A stretch of DNA of 64,000 nucleotides from an uncultured delta proteobacterium (GCA_963769935.1 CAVYNY010000022.1:480001-544000), one strand, 5' to 3'. Shown: positions 54,004-64,000, numbered from the stretch's first letter. The notes: generated from the sequence alone by a model not told the origin. Translations and numbers: made by a program.

Positions 54004-55496
54004 TAGCCAACTCCGGCCGCAAGGAGTCGGGCGGTAATTCGGGGGTCGATGCGATCTGACTGGCTGTTATCCAGAATGTCGATGTGGATCAGGGGAGGGA
54101 AGGCGGGCAGGTCCGGCCGGCCTGTGCTGAGGGGCGCCAGGAACAACCAGATATGTTCGAGGCTGGATCGATTTTCAAATTCAAATTGTTCCGAGATTAC
54201 CTTGAAAGCCTTTTTGATGCGTCCAATCAGCCAGGCGGGTCCGACCTTGCCGCAAACCAAAACCAGGTTCTTCACATTCTTCACGGAATGCTCGAATTTG
54301 ATGAGGCTGACGGTGGGATCTTGGGACTCATGGTTGAAATCGACTTCAGCCCCCTTTTCCATAAGAAAATCGGCCAGTTTAAAGGCATAGCGCTGGTCCT
54401 TCTGGTGGGTGTCGATGAGATAGCTCGGGTGCCTGGCCGGGTCGTTGGTTTGCTGCCGAATCTGATCAATGCGGTCACGCACCAGACTCACGAAATCGCT
54501 TTGCAGACATTTGACAAACTCATACTGCCCCAGCGTTCTGGGTCTGGTTTCGCAATTTTGAAGAAACCGGCGCTGTGCTTCGTCTTCGACGGTGGCGATG
54601 TCCAGATCGGAGGGCACCCAAACCAGCTGCTGAATTGACTGTTTGAAGGCAATTTCGTGCTGCTCGCGGGGATAGGTGGTTTCTTTGCGATCTACGATTT
54701 TCCTTCCCGGCCACTGGTTCAGCAGATGAATGGAAAACCGCGCCCGAGCCAGCGACTGGCTCAAGGTGTCGGCATGGGCGGCCGCATCCATGGGAGGCGG
54801 AATCTCCGTGGCTACCTCCACCTTTTTTTGTTGAGCTTCGGCGATGATGCGCTCCTTGAAGTCCTGCAGCGCGTCCGGCACATCGGCCATAAAGATGGAT
54901 ATTTGTTCGGCCTGGGGAATATCTTCGGCCTGGACCAGGGACGCCGGCGTCATTTTATGGATGCAGTCTTCGATCGCATCCACGATGGGCCGTAGCTGCT
55001 TTTCAAAAGTGCTGTCGTTCGGTGAGGTAAAATCACCCGGGTTTTCATCGGATTCGGCATCGTTCATGGGGAATCCGCTGGCACCCTGAAATTCCGCAGG
55101 CCAGTTCTGATGCGGGATATTGTGAAGCAGGATGTTGAAAAGGCGAGATGAGTCGCCTATCTGTAAGCCGCCGCTTTGGCGGCCATGGGATTGGTAAAAC
55201 CGGTGCAGTTCCTTGCGGCAATAGTCCGACTGAAGGTAGTTGTGTGAGGTTAGGGCCAGGAAGACGGCAGATCCATCTAAAGCGTTTTGGATGGCGTCGT
55301 CAAACACGGTATTGCCGCGCATTCGTTTTTTATCACGCCAGATTCGAAGATCCGTCAGCCCCCGGCGTTTGTTGAGCCAGTTATACAGCCAGTCTTCAAA
55401 AACGTCCACCCAGCCCGGACGCCCGCCAAATCCATAATTGTCGTTATGGGCATAGCTGATGAAGATATCGTGATTGTAACCAGGTACCTGTGCCAT
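54003..55496 (-). CDS. TIR domain protein (N-terminal TIR plus further TIR-like Rossmann domains)
   Basis: DIFISYAH, IWRD, SDYCRKEL (conserved Glu); TAATG overlap with NTPase gene. Confidence 0.85.
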   Translation of the reverse strand: MAQVPGYNHDIFISYAHNDNYGFGGRPGWVDVFEDWLYNWLNKRRGLTDLRIWRDKKRMRGNTVFDDAIQNALDGSAVFLALTSHNYLQSDYCRKELHRFYQSHGRQSGGLQIGDSSRLFNILLHNIPHQNWPAEFQGASGFPMNDAESDENPGDFTSPNDSTFEKQLRPIVDAIEDCIHKMTPASLVQAEDIPQAEQISIFMADVPDALQDFKERIIAEAQQKKVEVATEIPPPMDAAAHADTLSQSLARARFSIHLLNQWPGRKIVDRKETTYPREQHEIAFKQSIQQLVWVPSDLDIATVEDEAQRRFLQNCETRPRTLGQYEFVKCLQSDFVSLVRDRIDQIRQQTNDPARHPSYLIDTHQKDQRYAFKLADFLMEKGAEVDFNHESQDPTVSLIKFEHSVKNVKNLVLVCGKVGPAWLIGRIKKAFKVISEQFEFENRSSLEHIWLFLAPLSTGRPDLPAFPPLIHIDILDNSQSDRIDPRITARLLAAGVG

Positions 55497-55662
55497 GGTG
55501 TTTGACTATCTGCAAGATATTTAAACCTGAATTGGGTGATCTGCTGCGCTTCCCGGGCCGTCTTTTAGCACGCTCGGATTCGCAAAGAGAAATCTGCATT
55601 TGAAGAATACTTTTAGTATAAGTCCTTGAAAATAAAAATCAAGCTGGAAGAAGACAAAGGAA

Positions 55663-55755
55663 ATGTTCGTTACCATTTTATTCGGGATTCTGAACCGCAC
55701 CACGCAACGGTTCTCGTACGCGCGCGCCGGACACGAGCCTCCAATTTTCTTTGGG
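55663..55755 (+). pseudogene. Fragment of SpoIIE/PP2C phosphatase
   Basis: MFVTILFGIL...YARAGHEPP. Confidence 0.6.
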
Positions 55756-55878
55756 GGGAAATACATGATCCAACCTATTGACAAGCATGATGAACAGACC
55801 CATCCTCAACTGTCGGAGCAGCTGGTCCGCTCCAAGCTAAAATTATTTATGCTTTACCGTCAAAAATGTCGATCAATC

Positions 55879-56082
55879 ACATCCAGCCCGGTCCCGTTGA
55901 AACCGATATGAACCCTGCCACAAGCGATTTTGCCAAGATGCCGGTGCAGCAAGTGATGGCGATTCCCGCTACGGGACCGGCGATGAAATCGCTTCGCTGG
56001 CGGCCTATTTGGCAAGCTCCGAGGCAACCTATGTGACAGTTGCCAGCCTGAGCATTGACGGCGGATTTACCGCGCGACCGTA
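55879..56082 (+). pseudogene. C-terminal fragment of SDR oxidoreductase
   Basis: IQPGPVETDMNP ... RYG..DEIASLAAYLAS.EA.YVT.ASLSIDGG across two frames; no N-terminus. Confidence 0.65.
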
Positions 56083-56114
56083 AAAGCAGCCGCCGCCAAG
56101 GGGGGGGACAGGTT

Positions 56115-57089
56115 ATGAAAAAAATTCCTGCAACCCATGAGCCCGGGCGGACACGGCCGATGAGAGCGGTGCGAGTCCACCGGTTCGGCGGTCTTGAAAC
56201 GATCGTGTATGAGGAAGTGTCACGACCCGTCCCGGGGGAGGGACAGGTGTTGGTCCGAGTGAAAGCGGCGGGAGTCGGACCATGGGATGCCTGGGTGCGG
56301 TCCGGCAAAAGCGCACTTCCTCAGCCGCTGCCGTTAATTCTCGGATCCGACCTGTCGGGTACCGTCGAGGAGGTCGGGACGGGCGTTTCCGGCTTCCAAC
56401 CCGGCGCTGAAATATTCGGAGTGACGAATTCACGGTTCACCGGCGCCTATGCCGAGTACGCCGTCGCCGATGTCGGCATGATCGCGGCCAAACCGGTTCG
56501 GCTCAGTTACGTTGAGGCGGCCTCCGTCCCGGTCGTGGCAAGCACGGCCTCACAGATGGTGTTCGATCACGGACGGGTGGACGGCACGAAACGGGTTCTC
56601 GTGCACGGCGCCGCCGGCAATGTCGGTGCCTATGCGGTGCAGCTCGCGAAGCGAGCCGAAGCCGAAGTCATCGCTACGGCGTTCAGCCGCAGTGTTGATT
56701 ATGTCCGCAGCCTGGGTGCCGACCGGGTAATCGACGTACAAACAGATAAATTCGAGGAGCGCGTGAAGGATGCCGATGTCATTATTGACACGGTCGGCGG
56801 CGAGACCCTCGACCGATCTTTCGAAATTCTCAAGTCCGGGGGCGTCCTCGTGTCGTCGGTCGCCATGCCCGATCAGGCCAAAGCCGCGCAGCACCGCGTC
56901 CACGGCGTGTTTTTTCTTGTAGCCGTCACATCCGAAGGTTTGACCCGGATTGCCGGCCTGCTGGATTCGGACCAACTTACAACCAATGTCGGTGAGGTGC
57001 TGCCGCTCGCCGAAGCGAGGCTGGCACACGCGATGCTGGCCGGCAAGCCCCACAAGCGGGGCAAAATCGTCTTGATCGTGGATGGATGA
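56115..57089 (+). CDS. NADP-dependent quinone oxidoreductase (MDR, Zn-free)
   Basis: VRVKAAGV, LG.DLSG.VE.VG, HGAAGNVG, RGKIVL. Confidence 0.9.
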   Translation: MKKIPATHEPGRTRPMRAVRVHRFGGLETIVYEEVSRPVPGEGQVLVRVKAAGVGPWDAWVRSGKSALPQPLPLILGSDLSGTVEEVGTGVSGFQPGAEIFGVTNSRFTGAYAEYAVADVGMIAAKPVRLSYVEAASVPVVASTASQMVFDHGRVDGTKRVLVHGAAGNVGAYAVQLAKRAEAEVIATAFSRSVDYVRSLGADRVIDVQTDKFEERVKDADVIIDTVGGETLDRSFEILKSGGVLVSSVAMPDQAKAAQHRVHGVFFLVAVTSEGLTRIAGLLDSDQLTTNVGEVLPLAEARLAHAMLAGKPHKRGKIVLIVDG

Positions 57090-57176
57090 GGTTCGCAAGT
57101 AAAATCAGCCAAACTATGAATAAAGTCAGGACAAAGGACGGCACGTAAATCCAAATTAAAATGACACGGGGCTGAA

Positions 57177-57887
57177 ATGGAAAATCTTGATGGATCAGAG
57201 CGGGTGATGGTGATTAGTCCTCATCCGGATGATGTGGATTTCGGGTGCAGCGGGACCATAGCCAAGTGGAGCCGCCTGGGAGTGGACATTACGTATGTCA
57301 TCTGCACGAGCGGGGATAAGGGAACAGACTTGCCGATGAGCGCCGCGAGTCGATCGCAAGCATAAGGGAAAAGGAGCAATTGGCTGCGGCGGAAATCGTT
57401 GGGGTGCCGCAAGGTTATCTTTCTTCGTTTGAAGGACGGTGAACTCGAGAATAATCGAGAATTCAGGAAGATGCTCGTTCGCGTACTGCGACAGTATCGT
57501 CCCGATATCGTTTTGGCCATGGATCCTGCGAACCTTCGTTTTGAGAACGTATACGTGAGCCACTCCGACCATCGGGCCGGCGCCCTGGCCGCATTTGACG
57601 CAATCTATCCGGCGGCAAGAAATCGGAATTTTTTTCCCGAGCTCCTGGAAGAGGGATTGTCGCCGCATGCGGTCAACAGGATCTATTTCTTCGGAACCGC
57701 CGATCCGAATACCTGGATCGATATCAGTGAAACCATAGAAATCAAGATCGAGGCCCTGCGGGCCCACAAAAGCCAGGTGGAAGCATTCGAAGACTTGAGC
57801 GCCTGGGTGAGAGAGCGATTCGGGCAGTATGGGAAAGAGAAGGGGGTTGCCTATGCCGAGACCTTCCGGCATCTTGTCATCATGTGA
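57177..57887 (+). CDS. PIG-L family deacetylase; apparent frameshift near 57345
   Basis: SPHPDD, TSGDKG, HSDH, AHKSQ, YAETF. Confidence 0.85.
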
Positions 57888-57993
57888 ACGGCTGTCGGCC
57901 AAACAGTCAGGCCGGCGAGAGCACCGGAAGAGAACAGGGGTTCTCTCCCCGACTCCGGAAAGACCGGTATTTCACAAATTTTATTGGAGCTAA

Positions 57994-58386
57994 TCATCCC
58001 AGCCTAGGACTCAGCCACAACGGATCGTCATGCTGAGCCAGATACCAGTTGGTGCGTCGATCCGTCTGTACTTCCCACCGGTTTTGGAGCAGTTGCTCGT
58101 AGTTCTGGCGAGTTCCCTTATAATAGCATCGGCAGCCCGCCGCATCCGCCCAGAGGTAAACCTCCCGATCCTTGATCATGGCCCTTACAACCTGTTTCTG
58201 AGGGATGCCGCTGATGCGTTCGATCTTTGCCGGCGTGTCCGCCATCTTCAGCTGGAACCCGGCTGCTGCGAGGGCTTCCTCGGCTTGCAAAGTTTTGTTC
58301 ACATGCTTCCCGGCACAGCCGGAAAGCGCCATAAACAATCCCGGCGCCAGGATCAAAAGGATTCGTATGCGCTTAACCCATTCCAT
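57994..58386 (-). CDS. Hypothetical lipoprotein
   Basis: Lipobox LSGC; GGAGG RBS. Confidence 0.7.
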   Translation of the reverse strand: MEWVKRIRILLILAPGLFMALSGCAGKHVNKTLQAEEALAAAGFQLKMADTPAKIERISGIPQKQVVRAMIKDREVYLWADAAGCRCYYKGTRQNYEQLLQNRWEVQTDRRTNWYLAQHDDPLWLSPRLG

Positions 58387-58564
58387 TTATTGCCCTCCTT
58401 TTAGCCGATCCGGCCAAGACCCTGCAAAGGTGAACCGCTGTAACTCAAGCGTTTCCTGGTTTGCGACCGCCCCTCAGGGATTACATACTTCGAACGTCGC
58501 CTCGTAAAAAGCCCAATACGTTCATATATCAACCCACTAACAAAGAGTCAATCATACTGTTTTA

Positions 58565-58653
58565 CCGTCATTGCTGCAGATCCCGGGTCGAGTCCGGGAG
58601 GAATCCGGAAAATTCAAGATGTTCTGGATGCCGGATCGAGTCCGGCATGACGG
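58565..58653. repeat. REP/RPE-like palindromic element
   Basis: ccgtcat...atgacgg ends; internal hairpins cccggg-tcgagt-ccggg and atgccgga-tcgag-tccggcat. Confidence 0.7.
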
Positions 58654-58802
58654 TTCGAGTATTTTTTTAGGACCCAATCAAGTTTGAATATAAACAAAGC
58701 GGCTTCTGAAATTTTTTGTAGCCGCAATCTTTTGGGGGGTGGTCTGAAGGATCAAAAAACAATCAAAAAGCAGACTCGGATGTAGCATGGCTAAAAAAAT
58801 GC

Positions 58803-58831
58803 TTGACAAGAAATACCGATCGGTATATTTT
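58803..58831 (+). promoter_or_regulatory. Sigma70 promoter with 14-bp palindromic operator (TetR-like)
   Basis: TTGACA at 58803; ATACCGATCGGTAT at 58813-58826. Confidence 0.6.
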
Positions 58832-58855
58832 AGACGGTTACAAGGGAGAAACAGT

Positions 58856-59055
58856 ATGAACACACTAAAACTGAGCGGTCTTGAAATACTGGAAAAATTC
58901 AAGGAAGGAGCTTTCCCTCACCCGACCATGGCGACCACCATTCCAAAGGGATGATCAAGAAAATCTGCCTGGAGGCCGGGGCCGATGATGTGGGGCTGGT
59001 GGATCTTGATCGGGAATCGCTCAGCAAGGAACGAGAAGGATACTCAAGCCTCTAA
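58856..59055 (+). pseudogene. Fused relics: PaaI-thioesterase-like N-terminus and 4Fe-4S/QueG-like fragment
   Basis: MNTLKLSGLEILEKFKEGAFPHPTMATTIP* then MIKKICLEAGADDVGLVDLDR..*. Confidence 0.45.
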
Positions 59056-59239
59056 AAGACCGTCAGGAGCGGGTATACGTTACGGCAGGCTCCAAGGCAG
59101 AGGCAAAGGCCAGGCGGAATACCAGTAAGGAGGTCACAATCGTGAAGGGAATGGCGCGATCGCTCCCGAAAAAATTGGGCGAAAACCAGTGACGCCAGAC
59201 TACTATGTAAAGTGAAAGCGATGCAGCCCGTGTATAATC

Positions 59240-59480
59240 AAGCTGCTCCTAATGCGGTCTTTTTGATTTGCTTCCCCATAGCCATTAACAACCTGGCTTC
59301 GCTCTCTAAAGTGAAATTCGGGTTCATTCGCATCACATTTTGGGCAGCCCACTGGGCATCGGCATGCCGGCCGGTAAGCTCGTACGCTGCGGGGAGCCCC
59401 TGCCAAGCTACATAGCTTGAAATGATTGAGGACTGCGATCGATGACCTCTTTAAATACCGGTATTGACGCGTCATATTGA
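59240..59480 (-). pseudogene. Degenerate TPR-protein C-terminal fragment
   Basis: FKEVIDRSP...AWQGL.AAYELTGRHADAQWAAQNVMRMNPNFTL across frames. Confidence 0.35.
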
Positions 59481-59714
59481 GCATTTCCCACCAATAAAAA
59501 AATTCAGCTGCAGGCACACCTGTGAGCCATAATCAAACTGACCTGAAATTGCAATCCCGGCGCAATAAATTAAGATTGACAACAAAGCCGGCTTCCGCTA
59601 TCCGGATGGGTATTGGTTTCGTTGAATTGATGCCTCAATCTTTTTGGGCTGCAGCCGAAGCCGGAATACAATTCACCAATTTCGATTCAACCGCTTTAAA
59701 AAAGCAATTTCTTA

Positions 59715-61490
59715 GTGCGCCAAGCAAGCTTGGCGCTTCTTATGGAGTGAAAGTCTCCATCGGGTAAGGTTTAGCCAGCCACCCGTACCGCGTGTTGCGT
59801 GATTGGGAAGGATAGACATAGCGTCGAACGACCCACACGAAGCGTACACAGGGAATTCTATGGGCCGTAAGGAGGCTCGCACCCTCCTGAGGCGATTCAG
59901 CCTCGTCATTGCATGAGCAGGTGGCGACGATCTTAAGAAATCGGAAGCCTATACGAAGGGATCGATAAGACGGCGAGATCCTGGAGGGCCTGTCGGGGTC
60001 AGAGAGCATGGCACGTAGGAAGAGAAGCGTTAGGAACTTGGGAGACCCTTGCGTTTCCTGTTTGAACAGGTAGGGCTTTTCAACTAAATGAAGAGAGCCC
60101 GATGGGCGTGAGGGAGTCAGATCGTCTCATAGTACTCTGAGGCGGGAGAGCCGACCACATGGGGAAGGGGACGACGGATCTGTGTAGCTCGTAAAGGAAA
60201 CATGGCCCGGATAAGAAAGGCTGGATCAACCATGCAAACCTCACTGCGGGGAATATCGAGAAGGGCAGCAAAAGACAAAGAGCACCGGTTTGGCAATTTG
60301 TATGGATGTGTTGGACGAGAATTTTCTCAAGTGGTGTTTTTGGCAACTCAAAAGAGATGCCGCGCCTGGAGTCGATCGGGTGGATTTTTATGAATACCGG
60401 GAGAATCTGGACGAAAACATCGCGAATCTCGTCAAGCGTCTGAAACAAAAGAACTATCGAGCCAAGCTGGTCAGGAGACAGCTACATTCCCAAACTCAAT
60501 GGGAAACTGAGACCACTGGGGATTCCTGCTACGGACGACAAGGTGCTGCAATTTGCAGTGGCGAAGATTCTGGAAGCCATTTATGAAGAGGATTTTCTGG
60601 ATGTAAGTTACGGTTACAGACCGCGGACAGGTCCACAAGAGGCGGTACGGGAGCTGACCCGCAAGCTGCAGTTCGGAAGATTCTCACACATCGTTGAGGC
60701 CGATATCAAAAGCTTTTTCGACAATATCGATCATCATTGGATGATACGTATGCTCGAAGAACGCATCGATGATAGAGCGTTTCTGCGGCTGATTCAAAAA
60801 TGGCTGAAGGCGGGGATTCTGGATACCTGTGGTGAAGTGATCCACCCGGCAACGGGAACGCCTCAGGGGGGAATTGTATCTCCTATTTTAGCGAACGTGT
60901 ATCTTCATTATGCACTGGATCTATGGTTCGAGAAAAGAATCAAACGAGAGTGTAATGGAGAAGCACTGATCACCCGCTATGCGGATGATTTTGTATGTGC
61001 GTTTCAGTACCAACAGGATGCAGAGTTGTTTTATCAGCAGCTCAACGAACGTCTGGGAAAATTTGGCTTAGAGGTTTGCCCTGAGAAGACGAGGATTTTG
61101 CTGTTTAGCCGGAGTATGCTGAGACAAAGCGGAACATTCGACTTTTTAGGATTCGAGTTTCGCCGTGCGATCAGCCGAAAGTTCAAGTCGATCGTCCGAA
61201 GACGAACATCTCGGAAGAAACTCAGAGCCTCAATCGCCGCATTTACAGAATGGATAAAAAAGAATCGTAATAAGAAAATTTCCAAGCTGATGACAACCCT
61301 TAGAACCAAGTACCGCGGGTACTGGAACTATTATGGCGTTATCGGTAATTATGGCAGTTTGAAGACATTCTATTACCGGACAAGACGCATCCTGTTTAAA
61401 TGGCTCAACCGGCGCAGTCAAAGGTTGAGTTACAATTGGGCCGGATTCGGAGACCTGTTGAACCAGTTTTTGATACCGGCTCCGAAAATT
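59715..61490 (+). mobile_element. Group II intron with 5' end and RT ORF, no recognisable DV/DVI (3'-truncated)
   Basis: 5' GTGCG at 59715 with GCGCCAAGC-aa-GCTTGGCGC stem; intron-like RNA (GGTAAGGTTTAGCC, GAAGCGTACACAGG, GGAACTTGGGAGACCC, GGAGTCAGAT..CATAGTA, GGGAAGGG); no GAGCCG/GAGCCC DV hairpin downstream. Confidence 0.85.
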
Positions 61491-61661
61491 TCTCTTTATC
61501 TTTCTGAACGAAGTCTCGGCAGAAGGCAACGCGCGACGAAACTACACTTGATCACCGCATACACACCGGAACAGATGCATATCGTTCTAAATCGGCTCGC
61601 ATCGAACTTGCGGTATGTCGTTTATAATCCTTATCCGCTTGTGAAAATCTTAGCAATATGA
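60232..61661 (+). CDS. ltrA: Group II intron reverse transcriptase/maturase, no En domain; apparent frameshifts near 60310 and 60481
   Basis: MQTSLRGI, AAPGVD, YIPK..G.RPLGIP, SYGYRP, DIKSFFD, GTPQGG, YADD, FDFLGF, GYWNYY. Confidence 0.9.
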
Positions 61662-63583
61662 AATACAATGCCTTTATATCCTACAGTCACCGCCAGGATT
61701 CCAAGCTGGCTCCCTGCCTGGAAACGGCTCTGGAAAAGTTCGCCAAGCCAACCTTCAAGCGCCGGGCGCTGGATATTTTTCGGGATTCGAATGACCTATC
61801 GGCTTCTCCCGACCTGTGGGGCAAAATAGAAGAAGGCCTGGACGAATCGGAGTATTTTATTTTTTTGGCTTCTCCCGCGGCGGCACAATCGCGCTGGTGT
61901 AAAAAAGAAGTGGACCACTGGCTGAAAACAAAGTCCATCGATCAGTTTTTGGTGGTCATAACCGAAGGGGAATTGGTCTGGGATGAAGAAACTTCCGATT
62001 TTGACTGGACGAAAACCACGGCCCTGCCTCAAAATCTATCCGGCGCCTTCAAAAATGACCCCCTGTATATAGATTTTCGGGGCGATCCTCCCGAAGAAGA
62101 ACTTACCCTGGACCACCCTGAATTTAAGGATAAACTCGTCCATCTTGCCGCCACCATACATGGGATGGCGGTAGGAGACATGGTTGGTGAAGCGGTCAAG
62201 CAATACAAGCGCACCATGCGCATTCGAAATGCGGCTATTACCGTCTTGAGTGCACTACTGGTAGCAGCCATCCTTTTGTCGATCTATGCTACCCATCAAA
62301 AAAACGTGGCCGAATCTGAAACACGAAAAGCATTATTATCCAATTATATCTCCGGCTCACAGGCGCAACTGGCCGAAGATCCCACTAAATCGCTGCGATT
62401 GGCAGAGTATGCCTATCGCTACGCCAAGGAAAATGAATTGCCCACCAAAGAGGCTGCCGAGCAACTTATAAAGGTTTTTTACAGCGGCTATGGTTTCTAC
62501 CAAAAGCCCGCTAATGAAACGGCTGCCCAAGCAGTAAAAACCGGGGATCCAAGCAACGCCGAAGATTTTGAGTTATTCAGGCAAAAAACAATTGACATCA
62601 TCAATAAAGTTCAGCCGAACTTTTATTTAGGAGGCCCAGTTACCGCTTTTAATATAGATCTGCGATCAAACCAAGCCGAATTCCTTATTGCAGGCGGCTC
62701 TCTGGAATTCCCGCGCCTCTATTTCTTTAGTGATCCTGCTGATGAGTCCGGAGGTCCCGATGATATTGAAATAAAACTGGAAGGATTCGGCGGATTTACA
62801 GGTTACATACTGGATGTTGCCATTTCGTCGGACGGCCGTTATTCGCTTTTGGGTTCGGCCAATAGTAAAACGGCGTTGATCGATAACGATGCCTACCGCC
62901 AGGATGCCAATAATGCGGATGTGTTCAAGACCCGATCCATCCTGATAAGCGGTGAAAAGAATGCTATTTTTGATGTCGGCTTTACAGAAGACGATCAGTA
63001 TTTCATTACCCGAAGCCACGTGAGGACCTGGAGAGATTCCGAACAAAGCAAGATAACGGGTACCATTACACATCTTTGGAAAACAGAGCCCTTTCCGTAT
63101 ATTGAAATGCACAATTCGCCTGCGGAACATCATAATATCTCTATTAGCGGAGGGTATTATATGGTTCCGGTTGCTGGGGATCAGGACGAATTTGTCTGGT
63201 TCCATTATGCGCAAATAATTCACGACAAAAAGGATGCTGTTGTGGCTAAATTTCCCGATGCCAAAGGCATTGTTCCAAAAATAACGACAAGCCCCAACGG
63301 GAAATTTTTGGTGAACTATCAGGGGATCTTTAACAAGGAAAATGAATTGCTCATAACCTTGAGTTCCTATTTTTTTGATAACTCCGGCATTGCCTATTGT
63401 TTTTCGTTGGATGGCAATTTTCTTAAACTGAGTTATCTGGATGGACTTGAGCGAATTTTTGCCCTGGACCCCGAGTTTATTTTGGTACGATTGAATGACC
63501 CCGAGATCATGGGAACCATTGCCAGGCTGAGTGAGGAGGATAAAAAACGCTTTCTCATTGAAGTGGATTCGAATTCTGATTAG
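61658..63583 (+). CDS. TIR-TM-(degenerate WD40/beta-propeller) protein
   Basis: AFISYSH, IFRD, SRWCKKEV (conserved Glu); TM AAITVLSALLVAAILLSIYA; propeller-like DVAISSDGRY, VGFTEDDQY, SPNGKFL, FSLDGNF. Confidence 0.82.
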   Translation: MKYNAFISYSHRQDSKLAPCLETALEKFAKPTFKRRALDIFRDSNDLSASPDLWGKIEEGLDESEYFIFLASPAAAQSRWCKKEVDHWLKTKSIDQFLVVITEGELVWDEETSDFDWTKTTALPQNLSGAFKNDPLYIDFRGDPPEEELTLDHPEFKDKLVHLAATIHGMAVGDMVGEAVKQYKRTMRIRNAAITVLSALLVAAILLSIYATHQKNVAESETRKALLSNYISGSQAQLAEDPTKSLRLAEYAYRYAKENELPTKEAAEQLIKVFYSGYGFYQKPANETAAQAVKTGDPSNAEDFELFRQKTIDIINKVQPNFYLGGPVTAFNIDLRSNQAEFLIAGGSLEFPRLYFFSDPADESGGPDDIEIKLEGFGGFTGYILDVAISSDGRYSLLGSANSKTALIDNDAYRQDANNADVFKTRSILISGEKNAIFDVGFTEDDQYFITRSHVRTWRDSEQSKITGTITHLWKTEPFPYIEMHNSPAEHHNISISGGYYMVPVAGDQDEFVWFHYAQIIHDKKDAVVAKFPDAKGIVPKITTSPNGKFLVNYQGIFNKENELLITLSSYFFDNSGIAYCFSLDGNFLKLSYLDGLERIFALDPEFILVRLNDPEIMGTIARLSEEDKKRFLIEVDSNSD

Positions 63584-64000
63584 AATAAACTCCAACGTTG
63601 CAACCTTGGGGTGAAAAGTGTTCGACGTCAGCACTAGTTGGACCAAAGCGGGCATTTGAATAAAAGGGATATCTCAAACTTAGTGGAAAGCATGGGATAC
63701 TAATTAACATTAAATGACATTAAGTACCATTCTGGCTGCATAATTGCATATTTGTTATCCCTAAAGCTGCCTGCTTTAATACATCATCCGGATTTATGGG
63801 CTTAAATTCTGTATGAGCGGTATATCCTTACTTTAGGATGCCCCAATTGAAATTGCCCCATTGCCAAGTCCGCATGCTCTCAAAGCATTTGATATGTGAA
63901 CAATAATATACATCTGTAATAATAAAATGTACTGGAATCAAAACCAAGTTTATATGGAATTGAGCTTTGCGCGTCAATACAATCTAATATTGCGGAAAGA

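Noticed and set aside
59715..61661. Retron or DGR
   Set aside because: RT has group II intron domains 0 and X and a GTGCG-starting intron RNA; no VTG motif, msr/msd repeats or TR/VR pair seen
62666..63655. 329-aa minus-strand ORF
   Set aside because: Antisense to the TIR gene; no recognisable domain

Overview
64-kb bacterial chromosomal window. Gene content (AhbC, HDOD/Hpt signalling, typical intergenic repeats) suggests a deltaproteobacterium, probably Desulfobacterales-like; this is inference. Housekeeping and signalling genes include ahbC, a ClpX-like ATPase, three further radical-SAM enzymes, an HDOD/hybrid kinase/Hpt/RR operon, mgtE, oadG/oadB, cls and glgP. Accessory loci are: (i) a signal-peptide-bearing dikinase with glucan-water-dikinase-like domain order, next to two exported class-A-like serine hydrolases and an Npt/TLC-type nucleotide translocase (top candidate for an undescribed system); (ii) a GntR-TRAP-MDR-DUF1537 kinase-PdxA2 acid-sugar operon; (iii) a 1770-aa beta-rich orphan paired with an HExxH peptidase; (iv) a 51-64 kb conflict-type region with TIR + nSTAND1-TM-pentapeptide, many gene relics, and a group II intron lacking DV/DVI whose RT frame overlaps (ATGA) a TIR-TM-propeller gene. 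mgtE has an unannotated 45-codon acidic/Pro/Arg leader ORF and an RBS-occluding hairpin. Several non-coding mobile-like repeats are present. Many genes are split by frameshifts that are mostly repaired by removing one base, which points to sequencing insertion errors rather than real pseudogenes. No rRNA, tRNA or CRISPR array was seen. All family assignments come from motif recognition; no searches were run.
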